The position numbers and the translations under genes are program-made. A stretch of DNA of 64,000 nt from an uncultured Gammaproteobacteria bacterium (GTDB lineage: Bacteria > Patescibacteriota > Microgenomatia > JALYQM01): NCBI GenBank assembly GCA_964403585.1, contig CAYOFQ010000001.1, positions 799,008 through 863,007 on the forward strand, read 5' to 3'. The first letter of the stretch is position 1, and every line of letters starts with the position of its first letter. This document shows positions 59,716 to 64,000 of the stretch, piece after piece. Under the pieces are notes generated by a model. It was not told the origin of the DNA. It made no database searches and worked only from the letters and a program-made list of their open reading frames with translations.

Positions 59716-61248
59716 TTACTTGACTTCAATTGTAAATTCCGCAAGATTTACCACATCTTTATGCTTGAACTGTGCAAAGATACGATATACTCCCTTTTCT
59801 AAAATCTTACCTTGTAATGGCATGGGCGTAAACTCAATAGTTGGACCACCTTGCTCTTCAAGTTGAGCCATTGCCATCTTGCCTCCAATTGAAGGATGAA
59901 CATGAGTATAGTCTCTATTGCTTTGACGAAGCATAATTAAATGTCCAAAAGCACCTAGGTAAGGTTGTAAATCAGTAATAGGTTTCTTCGTAGCTTTGTC
60001 CTTAACCGTAAGAGATATCGATTGTCTTCCAAGAGATAGTTGTGCCGACTGTAAGGTATCGCTTGTAGAAAGAGTAACTTCATAGTTACCAAACAGTTTT
60101 GTTAAATTAGTATCTGGTTTCTGAATGCTAGGTGCTACCTCTGTAACATTTCCCACTGAAATAGTAAAACCGTCAGTCTGTTCAGTAAAGCCAAATGGAT
60201 CATAATTGAGATAAATGTAATATGTCCCGTCTTTAGGGAATTGTGTCTTTAAATGAAACGTATTACCCTCCTGTTCAGGGTGAGTATGCTCATAGTACGA
60301 AAGCGTACTATCTACAATAATTGTATGCATAACTTTCTCGTACATAATTTTAAAAAGAGAAATGGGTCTATCGGTACCATTTTCAAGAATTTGAAAGGGA
60401 ATATCAACATCTGTCCTGGGAAGATTATTACCCGAGTCTGAAGTAACTACTCGGAATTTATCAATTGGAGTAGAACCTGAGTTATTCAGATGAGAAGTAT
60501 TGGTCGATGCAGTTTTATGTAAACCATGAATACTTACCGACTTAGTTCCCTCTAGATAAGGTCGAGCAGAAAGAAAATAGAATCCAACAAGTAAGAGCGT
60601 ACCAACACCAAAAATAAAATATTTTCGTATAACGGGGAATTTACTAGTGATATAACAATCTATTCGGTACAGTTCCAGTAGAAATAATATTACCAGTGCA
60701 GTAAGGAAAATGAATGGAATAGTTTGAGAAAGATCAGAGAAGTGACTACCCAACATAAGTGCATGAGTCACAATCAATATTCCTGCAATATAGACCGTTC
60801 TATGAATTCGTTTCCAATTACTTTTGAGTATTATTACAAAAATTCGCATTGATGTTAATGCCAGAATGGATAGAATGATTAACGCAGTTAAACTAGAAAG
60901 GATAGGAAGTATATAATTTTTGCTTAAAAAAGGAAGTCCTTCGAACCCGCCAAGTGACTTAAAAAATGCAAAATATGCATGAAGACATCCGAATAAAAAT
61001 GCCGATAAACCCAATGATTGACGAGCTCTTATCCACAAAATTCTTCCTGGAAGATGATTGAAGGCTATATAAAGTGGGCTGGGGAGTAGAGTTACATACA
61101 AGAATGTAAGGGATGTGAGACCATAAAACTGGACAAGTCGTATTATTTGAAGATTCTCAGGATAATAATAGTGAACGAATCCATAGAAAGCTACTGATAA
61201 GGCTAGGGATATAATAAGAATTACTGGTCTAATGTAGCTATATATCAT
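59716..61248 (-). CDS. Ferric-reductase-domain (bis-heme b) membrane protein fused to His-rich extracytoplasmic domain; candidate metal (cupric) reductase
   Basis: N-terminal about 230 aa polytopic with H-x12-H (IHRTVYIAGILIVTH) and a further TM His. The C-terminal about 250 aa carries YEKVMHTII, HTHPEQEG, LQPYLGAFGHLIM, HVHPS and FTPM...KGVYRIFAQFKH. Overlaps the next gene by 11 nt. Confidence 0.6.
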   Translation of the reverse strand: MIYSYIRPVILIISLALSVAFYGFVHYYYPENLQIIRLVQFYGLTSLTFLYVTLLPSPLYIAFNHLPGRILWIRARQSLGLSAFLFGCLHAYFAFFKSLGGFEGLPFLSKNYILPILSSLTALIILSILALTSMRIFVIILKSNWKRIHRTVYIAGILIVTHALMLGSHFSDLSQTIPFIFLTALVILFLLELYRIDCYITSKFPVIRKYFIFGVGTLLLVGFYFLSARPYLEGTKSVSIHGLHKTASTNTSHLNNSGSTPIDKFRVVTSDSGNNLPRTDVDIPFQILENGTDRPISLFKIMYEKVMHTIIVDSTLSYYEHTHPEQEGNTFHLKTQFPKDGTYYIYLNYDPFGFTEQTDGFTISVGNVTEVAPSIQKPDTNLTKLFGNYEVTLSTSDTLQSAQLSLGRQSISLTVKDKATKKPITDLQPYLGAFGHLIMLRQSNRDYTHVHPSIGGKMAMAQLEEQGGPTIEFTPMPLQGKILEKGVYRIFAQFKHKDVVNLAEFTIEVK

Positions 61249-62128
61249 TGTTCTTTTTCTTTCGTCTCTTTCTCATAATATAGATTATATCTAAGGCAAC
61301 CACTAATCCAATAACTAAAGGCGAGCCAAAAAAAGTAACGAGCGTAATAATTCGACTTTTCAAACTAATCGTGGATGCGTTTGGATCGGTAGGATCATAT
61401 ATTGCAACATCTTTTACTTCTCCAGAAAGTGTAACAATTGCATATCCTACAAAACCATTCGAGTCTGTAATACGCAAAACAGTAGATTTGATAAGTGAAC
61501 CAGTTTCTTTATATTGATAGGTCGGACTTTCTTCGGTTTTATATATATTTTCGTCCAGTTTCCACAGGTAAGAAACTACCTTAGCGGATGGATCAGTTTC
61601 AGCATTACTTCTGAATGTAACAGGCTTCCTGGCATCAATACCAAAATTAAATACTCCTATTCGAGCAATTGGCAATTTATACTTTAAGTTAGGAACAACA
61701 TCAAGTTTTACGCTATTTATAAGAGTATAGGTATTTTCTTGTGGAAGTTTCATTTCCATAATCAGCTGATGCGAACCAATTTTTTTATAGGTGTGTGAAA
61801 GTTTGGTCCCTGAAGAGTATTCAGCAATACCTTCATCCCAAGTCCATCTAAACTCAACTAGTGGTTTTAACTCTCCTGCAATCTGGAGATTCTGCATATC
61901 AATTTCAAAATTAATAGGCACATTCACAAGGTATTTTTCTTCAGGTGGCAAATCTTGCGCTACATTAAGTTTTTTATCTTGCACTGTAAGCGAGGGGTTT
62001 GATTGCGCATACTTACCGTTAATTTTAAGAAACGGTGGACCACTGCCATGAGCAAAGGCCTGATTAAAATTAGCTGTTGCAAACAAGCTAACGATGATTA
62101 CAATAATAATTCCAAGAGCTAATTTCAT
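61238..62128 (-). CDS. Secreted N-terminal-His protein with PKD-like domain and C-terminal TM anchor
   Basis: Predicted cleavage AFA|HGSGPPF. FRWTWDEGI...SHTYKKIGSH is PKD-like. C-terminal TM plus KRRKKK. Confidence 0.4.
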   Translation of the reverse strand: MKLALGIIIVIIVSLFATANFNQAFAHGSGPPFLKINGKYAQSNPSLTVQDKKLNVAQDLPPEEKYLVNVPINFEIDMQNLQIAGELKPLVEFRWTWDEGIAEYSSGTKLSHTYKKIGSHQLIMEMKLPQENTYTLINSVKLDVVPNLKYKLPIARIGVFNFGIDARKPVTFRSNAETDPSAKVVSYLWKLDENIYKTEESPTYQYKETGSLIKSTVLRITDSNGFVGYAIVTLSGEVKDVAIYDPTDPNASTISLKSRIITLVTFFGSPLVIGLVVALDIIYIMRKRRKKKNNDI

Positions 62129-62206
62129 AGCAGTTACTCCTACTCATTGTAGTAGAAAAGAGATTGGAGGGCAAACCCCTTTTAAATAGGAGATTTTGAG
62201 TGAAGG

Positions 62207-62521
62207 CTAACCAGCTTTTCGAACAACTTTCATTACTTCTTCGATAGAAACTTTTGTTTCTCCCTTTTTTATATGGTCGACGACACACGTATTCATATGA
62301 TGCTCAAGCATAAGAAAATCAGTTTCTTTCAAAGCTCTTTGAACAGCCTGTGACTGATGAATAATGTCTACACAATACTCATCCTTTTCCATCATATCAA
62401 TGACTTTACTAAGATGTCCTCGAGCGATTTTAAGCCTATGAACAATCCGATTTTTTAAATCTTCGTTCGTTTTTAACATACTATTCCTTTCATGCTTGCA
62501 CAGTATATCCAGCAGTTTCAA
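62207..62521 (-). CDS. csoR: CsoR-family copper-sensing repressor
   Basis: RLKIARGHLSKVIDM...YCVDIIHQ...LEHHMNTCVV. The x-C-H-C fingerprint with H-x4-C spacing is CsoR-type rather than RcnR-type. Confidence 0.8.
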   Translation of the reverse strand: MKLLDILCKHERNSMLKTNEDLKNRIVHRLKIARGHLSKVIDMMEKDEYCVDIIHQSQAVQRALKETDFLMLEHHMNTCVVDHIKKGETKVSIEEVMKVVRKAG

Positions 62522-62699
62522 TAACTCGCTTTAGCTGATCTACCGATACTTTTGTCTCCTCATATTCAATTTCAGATAGCCCTTTAGCAAAATTTGTCTG
62601 CGAAGTCTTTACACCCTCTAATTCTTCAAGATCCCCATCAATTCGCATCGAACAACTAGAACAATGCATACCAGATATTTTTATTATCGTTTTTGTCAT
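62490..62699 (-). CDS. copZ: HMA-domain copper chaperone (CopZ)
   Basis: GMHCSSC MxCxxC motif. 69 aa. Confidence 0.85.
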   Translation of the reverse strand: MTKTIIKISGMHCSSCSMRIDGDLEELEGVKTSQTNFAKGLSEIEYEETKVSVDQLKRVIETAGYTVQA

Positions 62700-62711
62700 T
62701 AATAGATCCTC

Positions 62712-63767
62712 CTACTCAACTATAAAATTACCTCTATACATTCCCATAGAGCAACTATAAGCAAGCAGTCCTGTAGACTCAGGAATAAATGTAAGAACTT
62801 CTTTACCTGTTGCGGGAAGTATTTTTTGGATATCTAACTTTGGAATTGTAAATGCGCTTGCGCAGGAATACGTGTTACTTGTTTTTAAAGTTAACCTTAC
62901 CGGGACTCCTTTTTTGAGCTTCACCTTATCAGCGCTATATCCTGATGAAGTAACATTTATGGTAACGTCTTGCACTTCAAAGTTAGCCGGGATAGCAGAA
63001 CTATTTTCCAATGCTACTTGCTCTGCGCCTAGAACATCTTCAGACGAGCTAGTGTAAATAGAAGTAATAGTATCAAACGTATACCGTGCACCGAGTAAAT
63101 TCAGTCCACCATTAAAAGACATCCCTGCAAGAATAATTAGTACTGCTGACGTAGCTTTATAAAAATACTGTTGCATAAATTGATTAAATTTAGTTGCAGC
63201 AATTCCAACAGCCAAGAATATCCAAGAAGAAGAAAGGGTGAAAAGAAACATTATTAAAGCACCGCTCAATGCACTACCTGACGATATCGCAAGAGCCTCC
63301 ATAGCAAGGGTAGTACCGCAAGGGATAATTAAAGTCGTAAGGCCGAGCAACAATGGAGTGGTTAATTCATCGTTTCCCTTTGCTATTTTACGAACCATTC
63401 TTTGTAATGATGAAGGGGGTTGAAGAATAAAATAACGAAATAGGGGATGAACATTCAATAGTTGTAAAGCAACACCAACCATATAGATCGCAACTATGAT
63501 TTGTATCCACCCTTGCATTGTAGTACTAATACTAAAAAAGGAACCAAAAATACCTAAGAGTGCTCCAAACAAAGTATAAATTGCTATCTTACCTGCAAGA
63601 AAAGCAAAAGTAGGTTTCAGATTCGACAACAAGGTATTCTCTTCTATTTCATTTTTTTTCTTTATTTGCGACAGTACAGAGGTCAGTAACCCTCCTTGTA
63701 TTGCAAAACAAGTAAGACCTCCTGTTGTAATGCCAGCAATAACGATTGGTATAAAACTTATATCCAT
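62712..63767 (-). CDS. Polytopic membrane protein (DsbD_2/CcdA-like TM core?) with C-terminal cupredoxin-like beta-domain
   Basis: 6 or more TM helices. C-terminal KLKKGVPVRLTLKTSNTYSCASAF...YSCSMGMYRGNFIVE resembles the Cupredoxin_1-type ending. Confidence 0.4.
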   Translation of the reverse strand: MDISFIPIVIAGITTGGLTCFAIQGGLLTSVLSQIKKKNEIEENTLLSNLKPTFAFLAGKIAIYTLFGALLGIFGSFFSISTTMQGWIQIIVAIYMVGVALQLLNVHPLFRYFILQPPSSLQRMVRKIAKGNDELTTPLLLGLTTLIIPCGTTLAMEALAISSGSALSGALIMFLFTLSSSWIFLAVGIAATKFNQFMQQYFYKATSAVLIILAGMSFNGGLNLLGARYTFDTITSIYTSSSEDVLGAEQVALENSSAIPANFEVQDVTINVTSSGYSADKVKLKKGVPVRLTLKTSNTYSCASAFTIPKLDIQKILPATGKEVLTFIPESTGLLAYSCSMGMYRGNFIVE

Positions 63768-63776
63768 ATAGTTCCT

Positions 63777-64000
63777 CTACTTTTTAATGTTTACTAAATT
63801 AAGCCGTAGTGAATTCATCACTACACTTATCGAACTTAAAGCCATTGCAACAGAAGCAAATACAGGATTCAAAAGTATTCCCCACAACGGATATAAAACC
63901 CCTACGGCAACAGGAATTAAAATGACATTATATCCAAATGCCCAAAAGAGATTTTGCATAATATTAGACATTGTCTTTTTAGAGAGTCGTATTGCTTGAG
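63777..64000 (-). CDS. copA: P1B-type ATPase (CopA-like), C-terminal fragment; gene continues beyond the window end
   Basis: [23 protein letters not shown]...[16 protein letters not shown] is the conserved TM7-8 end of CopA-type ATPases. Upstream frame is open to position 64000. Confidence 0.75.
   Translation of the reverse strand, partial: QAIRLSKKTMSNIMQNLFWAFGYNVILIPVAVGVLYPLWGILLNPVFASVAMALSSISVVMNSLRLNLVNIKK

Overview
This window looks like a roughly 50% GC bacterial housekeeping backbone carrying at least two AT-rich accessory insertions. The backbone includes a PAS histidine kinase with a CheY-like receiver, endonuclease III, a Ku plus three-domain LigD NHEJ pair, pyk, galU, secE-nusG-rplK-rplA, cysS, a cysteine desulfurase, a type-2-like ileS, tkt, and a radical-SAM/NUDIX cluster. 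The first insertion (about 16.4-22.2 kb) abuts a tRNA-Gln(UUG). It carries a frameshifted large serine recombinase, an XRE-type switch, a run of perfect palindromes, and a three-gene cargo cassette containing a ClpP-fold SDH/S49-like peptidase and two unknown proteins. The second insertion starts at about 41 kb and runs past the window end, so it is at least 23 kb. It has three modules. (a) A nuclease/regulator cassette: a PLD/Nuc HKD nuclease, a GNAT, XRE and excisionase-like HTH proteins, and a 463-aa protein with a PD-(D/E)xK/QxxxY nuclease signature. (b) A minimal VirB2/3/4/6-like type IV secretion operon with an M23 hydrolase, an apparently split VirB4 and a pilin-VirB6 fusion. (c) A dense copper/metal island: cupredoxin lipoprotein, BlaI/BlaR1-like pair, NicO/RcnA, BdbC/DsbA pair, a P1B ATPase with DKTRT in place of DKTGT, an L,D-transpeptidase, a YcnI-like protein, two further secreted proteins whose predicted mature N-terminus is histidine, a ferric-reductase-domain membrane protein fused to a His-rich domain with paralogs elsewhere in the window, CsoR, CopZ, a membrane protein with a cupredoxin-like tail, and a second partial CopA. 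The strongest candidates for undescribed biology are the N-terminal-His secreted proteins with the FRD fusion, the HTH plus PD-(D/E)xK nuclease pair, and the SDH-peptidase cassette next to the recombinase. All calls rest on motif reading by eye; no searches were run.
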